A stretch of 63,731 nucleotides of DNA, filler included, from Octopus bimaculoides (lineage: Eukaryota), in NCBI RefSeq assembly GCF_001194135.2. It is 5 parts of 5 records of this genome, joined end to end, with 100 filler letters (N's around TTAATTAATTAA, not from the genome) between each part and the next. Parts side by side here need not be neighbours in the genome. Positions count along the whole stretch, not along the records: positions 36,447 to 55,203 come from NC_068992.1; 4 more parts are not named here. One strand, given 5' to 3'. Below the pieces are notes generated by a model that ran no database searches, was not told where the DNA came from, and saw nothing but the letters and a program-made list of their open reading frames with translations. The first letter of the stretch is position 1. Every line of letters starts with the position of its first letter. Position numbers and translations under genes: made by a program. Positions 36,943 through 49,280 of this stretch are shown here, piece by piece.

Positions 36943-37802
36943 AGAGACCAAATGTTAGGAAACTAATGCGTGGGGAAGTAAGTTAAAATAATAGAGTAAA
37001 ATAAAATAAAAATAATCTAATAGAAATTGTAAGGAATGGTAAGAACGTCATTTCAAGGTGCTATCATGGCATTACATTGTATGGTAAAGAAAGTCAATTC
37101 CAAGAGAAATTTCCACAGGCTGTGAGGGTTATATCGTTTTTCAATTATAGTGGGGGAAATAGCGAGGGTAAGATTTTGTGTAGTGAGTTTAATGGTATGG
37201 TCCATGTCACAGGGGTCAGAAGTTAGAGGCTAACTGCTATTTAAGAGAGCATTTATAAAAGGAATTAGTAGAATTAAGTTCAATTGAACCTGTTTTGGGA
37301 AATTCAATACATAAATACATCAATGAAAGAAAAATTAGATAAAAACTTTAGTGCGATGTTATTACTTGTTACTTATTAACAAAACCCTAATCCCAATACA
37401 CCTTTGCGTTGTAGGGTGAGGTCAAAGTTAAGTTGTAGGATTAACTTTGACCTCATCTCTCTAATAAAGCCTTGGGGCACCATTGTCCAACCCCTGTCCA
37501 ATGTTTGTTCATCCTTGTATGTCGAGGGCGTGATGTGGAAAACTTGGGAGATTTGGCAACCCCATGGTAGAAATAGATGTAAGTGTTTAGTATTTGTACA
37601 CTCATATATTATTATTCGTTTATTTCTATTTATATATTTATTTACTTATCTATTTGCTTAATTCATTCGTTTATTTGGTTCACTTTCAAATATGATTGTA
37701 ATCAATTAATAAATAGATATAATTGAATGTTCACAGGCTGATGTTTGTCGATTATTTATTCTCTCCATGTATGCATGTATGCACGTATGCATACATGCAT
37801 AT

Positions 37803-37840
<38 letters not shown>

Positions 37841-38057
37841 GTATATATATCCAAATATATATATATACACACACATACATACTCTACGTACATACATACA
37901 CATATATATATAGTTTCGTAATTTTGCGTTTTCCATTGGTTAGTAGACTTATTTAAAAATCTGTTAATGAAGGCCGACTCACATGATAAGGTTATATGCA
38001 TATACATACATATATAATTACACACACACACACAGATATATGTATGTAGGCATGCTC

Positions 38058-38093
<36 letters not shown>

Positions 38094-38210
38094 NNNNNNN
38101 NNNNNNNNNNNNNNNNNNNNNNNNNNNNNNNNNNNNNNNNNNNNNNNNNNNNNNNNNNNNNNNNNNNNNNNNNNNNNNNNNNNNNNNNNNNNNTATATAT
38201 ATACATATAC

Positions 38211-38249
<39 letters not shown>

Positions 38250-39319
38250 TGTATCTATTTCTCTGTGTGGTTATGTGTGTGTGTAGGATGTCTGTGAGTG
38301 CGTGGATAAGTTATTCAATTGACAAGTACAGGTAATTTATTCAGTTCACATCGTAACTGTCTGAGTTTTCACTGTACATATATAAATGTAATGTGGTTTA
38401 CACATTGATAGAATTTTATAATATTAAAAAATACATACTGAATTTCTGGTTAAGAAACAATACACTATTTAAATATGTTCGAAACAGTAGGAAATTATAC
38501 ATATTCATTTAACATCGATTGATATAGCTATCATCTCTCGTCTTATTCATTTACAGATGTTATATAATATTCGATCTATTAGAATTTCTCTCAACAAAGA
38601 AAGGAATTTGAATTTTCTGACGTTTCGGTTTTTGGAGATAGAGTGCTGATTGTTGAGTTGTTCACTACGCATTTTTCTCATACATGTTTCAGCAATTTAT
38701 ATTGTAAAATGAAAAAAATTAGTAAAAAAATTGTAGTTGAGAAAGTATAAATTTAAATATTACTGTGACATCCATGGGCATACGGGCATTTGATAACACT
38801 TCAGAGAGTGACAACCGTGCCCTTCATTGTTACGGGATGCCCTTTGGCAAGTCATAGCACCCGTTCAGCCACTACCGGAAATACAGCGAAGTTACGGGAC
38901 AACAGTACGGTGGATTGTTTAGAGGCAGTAGAAGAGGTCATCTGAGCCTTATATTGATGCCGAGTGGAGTAATCCTAGAAGGTCAACGGTCAGGTTCACC
39001 AAGCTCTGTCAAGAGAGTAACTGCAACACATCCACTGGAGCGATGTTCATGGTTGTGTAATCAGCTAATGAAAGATTCCCTACGACTCGAGCTCTCAATT
39101 CCAATGGAATTGGATGGCGGCAGAAAGTTATAGGAATCTGCGAAAGCAGCGCGACTTTGGTATCCTGTCGGTACAACCTGTATTTCTTTGTACTAATATT
39201 AGTAATGCTGATACCCTCCCTCCATGGATATTCAACGGTTTAATAAAAGAAGAATACCAAGTATTAAAAACTATTGTATTACTTTTAATGTTTCTTTTAA
39301 ATACTAATATACATATTTT

Positions 39320-39473
39320 TCTCCGTGTTTTTCTCCTTGTCTCCGTATTCTTGCTGTTGAAGAGCGTAGCTCGAAACGTCAAAGACTTTCCGTATTCCCG
39401 AGCGTCATACTAATATATACTTTTGTTATTTACACCACCTGTCCTCGTCTGTTGTTATTATTTGTATATTCTC

Positions 39474-39478
<5 letters not shown>
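39320..39478 (+). mobile_element. Putative PLE terminal module with hammerhead-like motif (CUGUUGA variant)
   Basis: UCUUG-CUGUUGA-A-GAGC-gua-GCUC-GAAA-CGUC-AAAGA; homologous copies at 42990-43085 (-) and 62620-62770 (+). Confidence 0.65.
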
Positions 39479-39518
<40 letters not shown>

Positions 39519-39744
39519 AAATAGATTGAGCAGCACACTATGTTATATAACTCTACTATTGGTTGAGCGTAGACAAACCAGCATTTATTAGCTGATAATT
39601 GTGCACGAACTTTGTAAAGCAAATTATAGCCACATTCATTTTAAGTTTTACACCATCTACCGCCCATTGGTGTAAACAGGAAGTCAAAATTAAATTTGCA
39701 AAATGAATATTAATAATTAATTAATGGTTTTAAAGTTTGGCAAC

Positions 39745-39930
39745 GACCAGTAACTTCGGAGCCAAAGTCGATTACATCGACCTTAGAGTTCAACTAGTAC
39801 TTATTTTACCAACACCGAATAAATGAAAGGCGAAGACGAAATCGTCGGTATTTCAACTCCAAGCTTAAAGGCAGACGAAAAGCTGCTAAGCATTTTGTCT
39901 GGCGTGCTAATGACTCTGCTGTCTCGCCTC
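39745..39930 (-). mobile_element. SINE family B copy, diverged
   Basis: AGTACTTATTTTACC...AAATGAAAGGC...GCTAAGCATTTTGTCTGGCGTGCTAA. Confidence 0.75.
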
Positions 39931-42890
39931 TTTTTGTTAAGAACTAATTATTAAAAGAAGAAAATCGAACAACAGTTTAACAACGGAGCTGTAGACCACA
40001 GTTATGTAAGCAACTACTCCCCCTGAAACAAGCTGTTGATCCATTTATCCACATGTAATAATTACATCCCTTAGTACTACTGTATGCACGTACTGACACA
40101 AGGCGTATACAAAACTATATGTTGACTTTTTCACAATAAACAGTATGCAACAGAATCACTTAATAACCAATGGATGAATAATGAAAAATATACACATGTA
40201 ATATATACAATTAATCCATTCTACTTTTGTAATTCTTAGATTTAAGGTTAATGTACATTAACAACCCCTTATTCCATCTCCCTACTTTAAAATATCTGAA
40301 TTTTCGACACTTATTTTTGAACTGTTTTAAAAACTTTATTCGTTTATTTGTTCAGTTCCACATAATTTCGCACAGCTCCCCTTTCAAAATACCCAAATCA
40401 CAACATAGTGTACGGAAACATTGCCTTTATAAGCGGCAGCCTTGCCTAAAATATGGGGAAATATAAGAGTTTGTCTCCGAAACTTAATAAATGGAAATGA
40501 AATTGTCTCTTTAGATAAAAATTCATGATATTATTGTAAAAAGTGATCTACTCATGTTTAATAAACAAATAGTCTGAGTGATAGTTAATCTGTATGGCGC
40601 CATTACTGAAAGACCGTCTTTGATGACCTTTTGAGCATTTGAGGATTTTTATTTTATGTCTCCCTACGAAGAGTGTGTGTAAATATTAGAAATAATAATG
40701 GTAGTTAGTTTCCATATAAAGCCATTGTTTCGGAATTAGGTTTGAGTCCAGTAATGTCAATACCATCGAAAACAATGCTTGCTGGTTCTTTATTTTCATG
40801 ATTCCCAATGTAAGAAAGCAAAGTTAACCTTGGTGGATTTTGATATCAGTTTATAAAGAGTTCGATGACTTATCTCATATATGTATTCTGATCCTCCAGC
40901 TAAGCTGTCCGATCTCCGACCTAGGTTTTTATTAAAAAGTAACAGTAAAAAGTAGATAAAGATGGATGTTATTAATCGTTCAGAAAATCGTCAAAATAGC
41001 AGGTTTAAGAAAACATAATTCACATCACCATTTATTTAGTACCTAAAGAAACATTAAAGAATAGTTACGTTATGGAGACAATTTGTCAGCGAAAATGATG
41101 CTAAGGCAAAAAGGCAAATTACAGACAAAATAGAGAGATCTTGGAAATATGGATTGATGGTTAGCATAGAAATTATTTCTCAAATAGTTTTATTATAATT
41201 CAAGATAAGGCGACCAGGTTATACGAAAACTAAAAGGAAGAAAAATAGAACATACTGCCTATCCTACAATGGGATATCATCAAATTCTGGCTTGAAAGGT
41301 TCGAGAAAGTTGTATTAATGTTTAAAACTAAACATGACTGTAGAAATAGCTAGTGAAGATACAGAAGTTATTGGAAATATATATATATATAAAAAACAAT
41401 TTAGCCGAAATTATTCTAAAATGTATTTGTTAAATAAAAGGGTCATGTAATGCTGATGAGACAAGCTTATATTGCAGGAGAATGGTTGATAATGCGTGCG
41501 AGGTAAACATACAATATTTTTAGTATAAAACAATTGAGAACGAATCAATGCTATTTGTAGATGGCAAACATTAAGGTTCACTAATATTTGTTGATCACTG
41601 TTCAAAATCTAGATTTTGAAAATGGAGCTAAATATTGAAATGCATTGAAAAGAAATCAGTATTTTTTGCTGTAGGTTTGTTTCACTATTGGTATTCGCAT
41701 TTCATTTTCTTGTAGTTAAAAAATAACGTGCCAGGAATAATTTATGAGTTAAGCCATTCTTAAGTTTAGATTATGCCTCTGGTTATTATAAGGCAATTTT
41801 TCTGGAATTAAAGTTGTATTTTTGACTCGAAATAACACAACAGATATTCACTATATGCTTCAAAGTGTAATAGTAATCTTCGAAATTTATTCCAAAGCGA
41901 TAAGTGTTAAGCCGGATTTCTAGGCAAAATAGGGCTAATTTAAAGAATAAATGCAATTATCTGGAGTACTACTAGTAATAGAGGAGTCTCTAGCGGTGAA
42001 GTAATGGAAGTTGTTAAAGATTGTCAAAACAAAAAAAAAGAAGAAAAGGAAAGAAAACAGAAAAAGAAAGGATAAACCAAGATTCAATAGCAAATTTCAA
42101 ATGCTTTGTGGCTACTCTGCACCTGTCACAGAAGAAGATGTTCAGCTTAAAAATCAACTTAATTAATCAAGTCACTACCTGCATGATGTAATTACTTCTA
42201 ATTCACAGATTAATCAATTTGACTTGCAAGCCACTACGTTAATGAACTAATTACATCATATTCAGAGTCAAAGATCAACGAAACGTTGATTGAGACTAGT
42301 GAGGAAAATAAATATGATTATCACTAACATGAAATCACTCAGGTCAATCTTTTGACAGTGATTTAAATGAATAAAGAATTTCCACGGATTTAACACTTCT
42401 TTTAAAATTGTGGGTGATATGCCCCAAACGTAGAAAGAATTTCATAGGTCCGTAATCCATTGATAAAGATTCAAGCTAAAATGGACCCCATAATCAAGAG
42501 ATAAAAATTCTAGTAACTTTTATTCTTTGCTTTTAATGAAAATTGATAATTAATCGATATAAAATTACTTCATATATAAATAGATATTTTTATTATTTCA
42601 TTAAATTTTTTTCTCGGAGAGATATATTTTAAAAACTGTTGGAATTCCAGAGAGGTTTGGGTGGACATAAAAACTTATACAATTGTATTTATTGTTTATT
42701 GTGTGAGAATTCACAAGTGATACAATGCAGTACACGGTAAATTATATTTGGAACAGACCTTCTAATATGCATTTCAACACACACACACACACACACATAG
42801 ATGTATATATTTGTATATATACATATATATCTTTTACACTTTAACTTGTTTTAGTCATTAGACTGTGGCCATGCTCGGCCACCGCGTACA

Positions 42891-42934
<44 letters not shown>

Positions 42935-42989
42935 TTCAAGTTTACAGAAAACGGAAGACGAAGAAGGTGAAGGAACATCAAGCAAATGT

Positions 42990-43085
42990 ATTTATCTAAC
43001 GCTCGGGGAGAATGGGAAAGTCTTTGACGTTTCGAACCTACGCTGTTCGATACAGAGTATTAAGAAGTGCAAAAACGGAGAGATA
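42990..43085 (-). mobile_element. Copy of the 39320 terminal module
   Basis: Reverse complement reads ...CAGCGTAGGTTCGAAACGTCAAAGACTTTCC...CCCGAGCGTTA. Confidence 0.7.
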
Positions 43086-43237
43086 ATGAAAAAAGACAGA
43101 GAGAAAAATAATGTGTAGCGATTTATTATGTTTATTGCGTCACAATTCGCAAGTGATACGACGCAGCGCCCCACCACACACATATATTTATATATATATA
43201 TATGTATGTATGTTTACATGTACACACACACACATAT

Positions 43238-43375
43238 GGTAGATTACTTCCAAATAGACGCTGTCGACTTGAAGATGAAGGAATAGTGTAAAGGGGATTA
43301 CAGTTAACAGAAGTTGTAAGGTTCCACACTAACTGACCGCACTGGACTGTAATTGAATTGTTGCATTAATGGTAC
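43238..43375 (+). repeat. Dispersed repeat (second copy 53562-53700)
   Basis: TAGATTACTTCC.AATAGACGCTGTCGA.TTGAAGATGAAGGAATAGTGTAAAG...GGTTCCACACTAA is shared. Confidence 0.9.
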
Positions 43376-43464
43376 ACTAGACGAACTTCCAATGATGATG
43401 GAAACATGTTTTCGGAAATGAAAATACAAAACACATCAAATATAGCAATGTACAGCAATAGAAT

Positions 43465-43524
<60 letters not shown>

Positions 43525-44345
43525 TGTGTTCCTGTGTTTATGTCTCTCAATTGTTTCAACTGTAATTCATCTTTGTATGATCTCTACAGTTTACACAGAG
43601 GTTATCAACAGAAAATATAAGCCTGAAGGGCAGCTGTCACGAAATATGACAGCAGGTCTCTGATCAAACAGTCAATATAGAATCACCTTTAACTTCATAC
43701 AATTTCCGATATGACTGAGTTTTATCTTCAAAATTTGAGGTCAGTTGATCTGATGAAATATCATGGACATTTGAGGGTTTCTTTTTTAAATGTCATCGAT
43801 ATTATTTTTCTATCAGTATATTCTCATATTTTTCCTAGACATATTGTTTTATTCGGTCATCATTGTTAAACATGTTTACTCAATTATAAGTGCATAATAT
43901 GATTTTAGCAAATATTTACTGTTTACATTTTTACTATGTTAATATTTAGTTCCATTCCTTTGACTTGTTTTCTAAATCTTAAAATCTTTTAAATTGTTTT
44001 CCTCTATTCCCACATGGTTATTATTTATACATTTACGTATTTTAATAATAAAGTTATACTTTCCGTTATCTATGTGAATATTGTTTCTTCCATATTTACA
44101 TTTCATTATTTTCGTCTCTCTTGCCATTAGTATATTCACCTTTATTTATTGACAAACAAATTCGGTAATTTCAAGTTTTGAATACTCGTTAACTTGCTTT
44201 TTTCTCATAGGTATAGACGAGGGATGTACGTAGGTTGAAATCATTTCCAAACCAGAGATCATAATGATTACAATACACTATTAAAGTCACACAATTTTAT
44301 GTTGTTGAACTGGTGACTGGATTGTTACATATTAAATATTATGTA

Positions 44346-44600
44346 GTAAAGAATAAAAAGTTTTGAATGGTACAATAATGCACTATAATACAAAAAATGG
44401 ACTATATACATGTTGTAATTTAGTTATCCATAGTCCGATGATATTTCGGAATACAATTCCTTCTTCAGATATTCTTAGATGGAGTCGCTGCTATAATCGG
44501 TTTTCCAACGACTTTTTAAAAACTAAATTACAACAGGTATATTATCCATTTTTTGTATTATAGTGCATCGTTGTACCATTCAAAACTTTTTATTCTTTAC
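44346..44600. repeat. Near-perfect 80-bp inverted repeat with a 95-nt loop
   Basis: 44346-44425 vs 44521-44600, 75/80 identical by manual alignment. Confidence 0.95.
44433..44470 (-). ncRNA. Minimal type I hammerhead-ribozyme-like motif in the hairpin loop
   Basis: Minus strand AU-CUGAAGA-A-GGAAU-ugu-AUUCC-GAAA-UAUC-AU: canonical core, 5-bp stem II, self-complementary AUAU stem III, AUC cleavage triplet; stem I only 2 bp. Confidence 0.6.
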
Positions 44601-45145
44601 AAACAATACACAATACTCTCCTCTTATGTAGTAGACTAATGATAGCGAGACGGAACATTGTTGCTTGTTTGATGATGATGGCGTTCATTCATCGATGTCA
44701 TTGTTATTTGGTATGGACATCTAAAGATTGATGCAACTAGAGCCTCAGGCGTGGGAAAAAGAAAAGTGAACTTAATATTTAGCATAGAGTTGTTGTGGAA
44801 GTTTATTTTCAGGTCAACTTTGATATAGTAGATCTATTATCAAAGTTATTTCATTTAGCATTGTAATTATTTTCATAAATTTATCCAGATATAATTTATC
44901 TCCAAATAGATTATGCAACAGCTTCTTCCTTCCCACCGATGGTAAAATAAAATTTTAGAAGGAACTATGACGAGAGTTGATAGAAGAAAGTGACTTTCAA
45001 TGTTTTGCTGGTTTTACTTCGATTAATATGAGTGGAAATGTAATCCATTGATTTCACGTGTACTATGGTATTGTTCGATGCCAGGCTAGCTGCCATTGGA
45101 CACATCCATGAAAAAAAGTATTCCGCCGCTTATGGAGACCCTCAT

Positions 45146-45469
45146 CAGTCATGAATGACCATGAGATTGCATCTAGGAAGTTACCCCCCGAGGCACAAGT
45201 CCCGGCAAGGTTGTTTGTGGAAGGTCAGCTGTTGCCTATGCATACCAGCCTCCCCTCTCCACGCCACCGATGTTATCCAAGGGAAAGGCAAAGGCCGATA
45301 AAACTTGGCACCAATGATGTCGCAAATCATTTCTACAGCTGAGTAAAATGCAGCAACGTGAAATAAAGTTTCTTGTTCAAGAACACAGCACGCAACCCGG
45401 TCCGAGAATCGAACTCACAACCTCACGATCGGAAGGTTGACGCTCTAACCACTGCGCCTTCGCAACCTC
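45146..45469 (-). mobile_element. tRNA-derived SINE (family D) abutting a family A copy
   Basis: Minus-strand head CAGTGGTTAGAGCG...GAGTTCGATTCTCGG; body distinct from families A and B. Confidence 0.8.
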
Positions 45470-45472
45470 TTA

Positions 45473-45709
45473 TACTCTTTACTCTTTTACTCTTTTACTT
45501 GTTTTAGTCATTTGACTGCGGCCATGCTGGAGCACCGCTTTTAGTCGAGCAACTCGACCCCAAGGCTTATCCTTTGTAAGCCTAATACTTATTCTATCGG
45601 ACTCTTTTGCCGAACCGCTAAGTTACGGGGATGTAAACACACCACCATCGGTTGTCAAGCGATGTTAGGGGGACAAACACAGACACACAAACACACACAC
45701 ACACACACA

Positions 45710-45761
<52 letters not shown>

Positions 45762-45930
45762 CATATATATATACGATGGGCTTCTTTCAGTTTCCGTCTA
45801 CCAATCCACTCACAAGGCTTTGGTCGGCCCGAGGCTATAGTAGATGACACTTGACCAAGGTGCCATGCAGTGGGACTGAACCCGGAACCATGTTGTTAGT
45901 AAGCAAGCTACTTACCACACAGCCACTCCT
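45473..45930 (-). mobile_element. SINE family A, full length
   Basis: Complete head to tail including (TACTCTTT)n tail. Confidence 0.93.
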
Positions 45931-46386
45931 CCATTAATAATACATATGATCACAGCGGCCAATGTAGCCTTCCTTTTAAGTCATTAGCGTTAGACATTTA
46001 AAGAAGACTTTGTCTACTATTTCTAGTTAGTCGCTGTTTCTTTGCTCGTAGATACTCCTTCGTTATCTCATGCGACACATGCCACAGCGATTGAGGCAAT
46101 AGGCAAGAGTAACCAGCCGTACAGAAATAGCTTCTTCATCATGTTCATATGTGTATAGTACTAATGGATCTAGAGGATAATGACTTGTAGTTTACAAAGC
46201 AATGTGAAGAAATAAAAATAGAAATGTTTCATTTGAAGGTCAGGGATGGTGTGTTGCTGCAGTCAGGACTAATCAATGTAGATTAGAGGAAATCTATAGG
46301 ATTAGAGATAACCTGAAGAACTATTATATTAGAGATGTACTTGCATAGCACATAACCAGATCTGAGATCGTGTGGTGAAACAAAAA

Positions 46387-46670
46387 CAATTGCAGCGTGG
46401 AATATGTTTATAAGCCATCTAAAAGCACAAAAACCGTTAGATCCACTTCAACATTTAAATTTAATTTGCCACAATATTTTCTTCGGTTGTACATATATAT
46501 CATGATCTGACTGTTACTTTCTGGGATGCAGCACGGAATTTTGTCAGTAAACAGGTCGCGGTCTCAAAGTGACGAAATCATTTTAGCAAATTAAATTTAA
46601 ATTTTGAATTGAATCTAACGGATTTTGTGTGTTTTTAGATGGCTTGCAAACACCTTCCACATTGCAATTG
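46387..46670. repeat. Foldback element with ~83-bp inverted arms
   Basis: 46387-46468 vs 46587-46670 are diverged reverse complements. Confidence 0.88.
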
Positions 46671-47697
46671 TTATATTAGAGGCAAATTAATAATTTTGTT
46701 TTTTACATATATAACATAACGTTAAAAATCGTCAAAAGTAAATAAAAGACGAAGGACAAGCAAAGTATGCAACTAAATTCATTAAGTAACAGCTGTTTCT
46801 GCAATAAAATGCAGTGTTTGTGCATTATCATATACCTACTTCCAAGAAAGCTATATGGTGATGCAGAAAAGTTTAGATCAGACTGTACAGTATTTTTGTA
46901 GCAGAAACAGCTGTAAGCTAATACAGTTCATTGCATAATGTCTTGTTCTTTCGTCACTTAAATAATTTCACATTACGCTTTCTACTGAAGCATATGTATA
47001 TTGAGTTTAAACATCAGGTTACTACTGAACAAGAATTTGATATGCCTAACCGAAAGTAATATATANNNNNNNNNNNNNNNNNNNNNNNNNNNNNNNNNNN
47101 NNNNNNNNNNNNNNNNNNNNNNNNNNNNNNNNNNNNNNNNNNNNNNNNNNNNNNNNNNNNNNNNNNNNNNNNNNNNNNNNNNNNNNNNNNNNNNNNNNNN
47201 NNNNNNNNNNNNNNNNNNNNNNNNNNNNNNNNNNNNNNNNNNNNNNNNNNNNNNNNNNNNNNNNNNNNNNNNNNNNNNNNNNNNNNNNNNNNNNNNNNNN
47301 NNNNNNNNNNNNNNNNNNNNNNNNNNNNNNNNNNNNNNNNNNNNNNNNNNNNNNNNNNNNNNNNNNNNNNNNNNNNNNNNNNNNNNNNNNNNNNNNNNNN
47401 NNNNNNNNNNNNNNNNNNNNNNNNNNNNNNNNNNNNNNNNNNNNNNNNNNNNNNNNNNNNNNNNNNNNNNNNNNNNNNNNNNNNNNNNNNNNNNNNNNNN
47501 NNNNNNNNNNNNNNNNNNNNNNNNNNNNNNNNNNNNNNNNNNNNNNNNNNNNNNNNNNNNNNNNNNNNNNNNNNNNNNNNNNNNNNNNNNNNNNNNNNNN
47601 NNNNNNNNNNNNNNNNNNNNNNNNNNNNNNNNNNNNNNNNNNNNNNNNNNNNNNNNNNNNNNNNNNNNNNNNNNNNNNNNNNNNNNNNNNNNNNNNN

Positions 47698-47752
<55 letters not shown>

Positions 47753-48139
47753 ATGCATGTACGTATATATATATATGTATGAATGTAAATGACTGATAAT
47801 TGATCGGACAAGCGTTAGTCCTCAAATTTAAAATAATCTCAGTTCGGTTATTATTTTATCATATGTGACTTCAGCTTGTGAGATAACGTAAACACAATAT
47901 TTTGCTGATCTTTTTCCTGTTGTAGTTGTTGCTTTTGTGAATCTGATTGGTATTGAAGCTGTTGGTGTTGTTATTTTGGCTAGTTATGGAGAAACTTCAA
48001 ATTTAAAACGCATTCCGAATTTATTCATCGATCATTATTGGACATAGTACATCTAAGTGAATGCTATAGTATGCATTCTTTCTTTTTTAACGACTTGCTG
48101 TTGTATATTGTAGTTGTACGTGTTCTATTACATAGCTAG

Positions 48140-48442
48140 TGGTTGGTGTAGAGATCGTGGGTTCGACTCCGACACTGGATGTTAAGATGTGTTCTTGAAC
48201 AAAACAGTTCCTTTCAGGTTTCGTTCACGTAACAGCAGCAGTTCGGTAAAAGAACGGATACGATAAGTACTCCGCTTCAATCTGTTCGACTAAACTCTTC
48301 AAAAGCCTGCATGACCGTTGACTAATGACTGAAACGTGCAACAGAATAAAAACCTATGTGCTTGCGTTTGTGTGTATGTATGTAAGTATGTGGTGCTCCA
48401 GCATGACCGCAACTGCATAGCTGGAACGAGTAAAAGAGTAAA
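48140..48442 (+). mobile_element. Old, degenerate SINE related to family A
   Basis: GGGTTCGACTCC B-box, GCAGTTCGGTAAAAGAACGGATACGATAAGTACT, and tail GGTGCTCCAGCATGACCGCA...GAGTAAAAGAGTAAA. Confidence 0.6.
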
Positions 48443-49233
48443 TGATTAGTATATGTATATATGTATGTATATATAACTTATATATATATATATACATATA
48501 TACATATAACTATATAGACATACATATATATACACAAACATGCATATTTATATATATATATATATATATNNNNNNNNNNNNNNNNNNNNNNNNNNNNNNN
48601 NNNNNNNNNNNNNNNNNNNNNNNNNNNNNNNNNNNNNNNNNNNNNNNNNNNNNNNNNNNNNNNNNNNNNNNNNNNNNNNNNNNNNNNNNNNNNNNNNNNN
48701 NNNNNNNNNNNNNNNNNNNNNNNNNNNNNNNNNNNNNNNNNNNNNNNNNNNNNNNNNNNNNNNNNNNNNNNNNNNNNNNNNNNNNNNNNNNNNNNNNNNN
48801 NNNNNNNNNNNNNNNNNNNNNNNNNNNNNNNNNNNNNNNNNNNNNNNNNNNNNNNNNNNNNNNNNNNNNNNNNNNNNNNNNNNNNNNNNNNNNNNNNNNN
48901 NNNNNNNNNNNNNNNNNNNNNNNNNNNNNNNNNNNNNNNNNNNNNNNNNNNNNNNNNNNNNNNNNNNNNNNNNNNNNNNNNNNNNNNNNNNNNNNNNNNN
49001 NNNNNNNNNNNNNNNNNNNNNNNNNNNNNNNNNNNNNNNNNNNNNNNNNNNNNNNNNNNNNNNNNNNNNNNNNNNNNNNNNNNNNNNNNNNNNNNNNNNN
49101 NNNNNNNNNNNNNNNNNNNNNNNNNNNNNNNNNNNNNNNNNNNNNNNNNNNNNNNNNNNNNNNNNNNNNNNNNNNNNNNNNNNNNNNNNNNNNNNNNNNN
49201 NNNNNNNNNNNNNNNNNNNNNNNNNNNNNNNNN

Positions 49234-49280
<47 letters not shown>

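Noticed and set aside
37417-37440. let-7-like microRNA (starts TGAGGT)
   Set aside because: The seed differs (GAGGTC vs GAGGTA) and the rest does not match let-7.
43620-43660. CUGAAG...GAAAUAU hammerhead-like string
   Set aside because: Core is incomplete and the sequence folds better as a simple GCTGTCA/TGACAGC hairpin.
45121-45148. CUGAUGAG on the minus strand as a hammerhead
   Set aside because: No convincing stem II and no intact GAAA follows.
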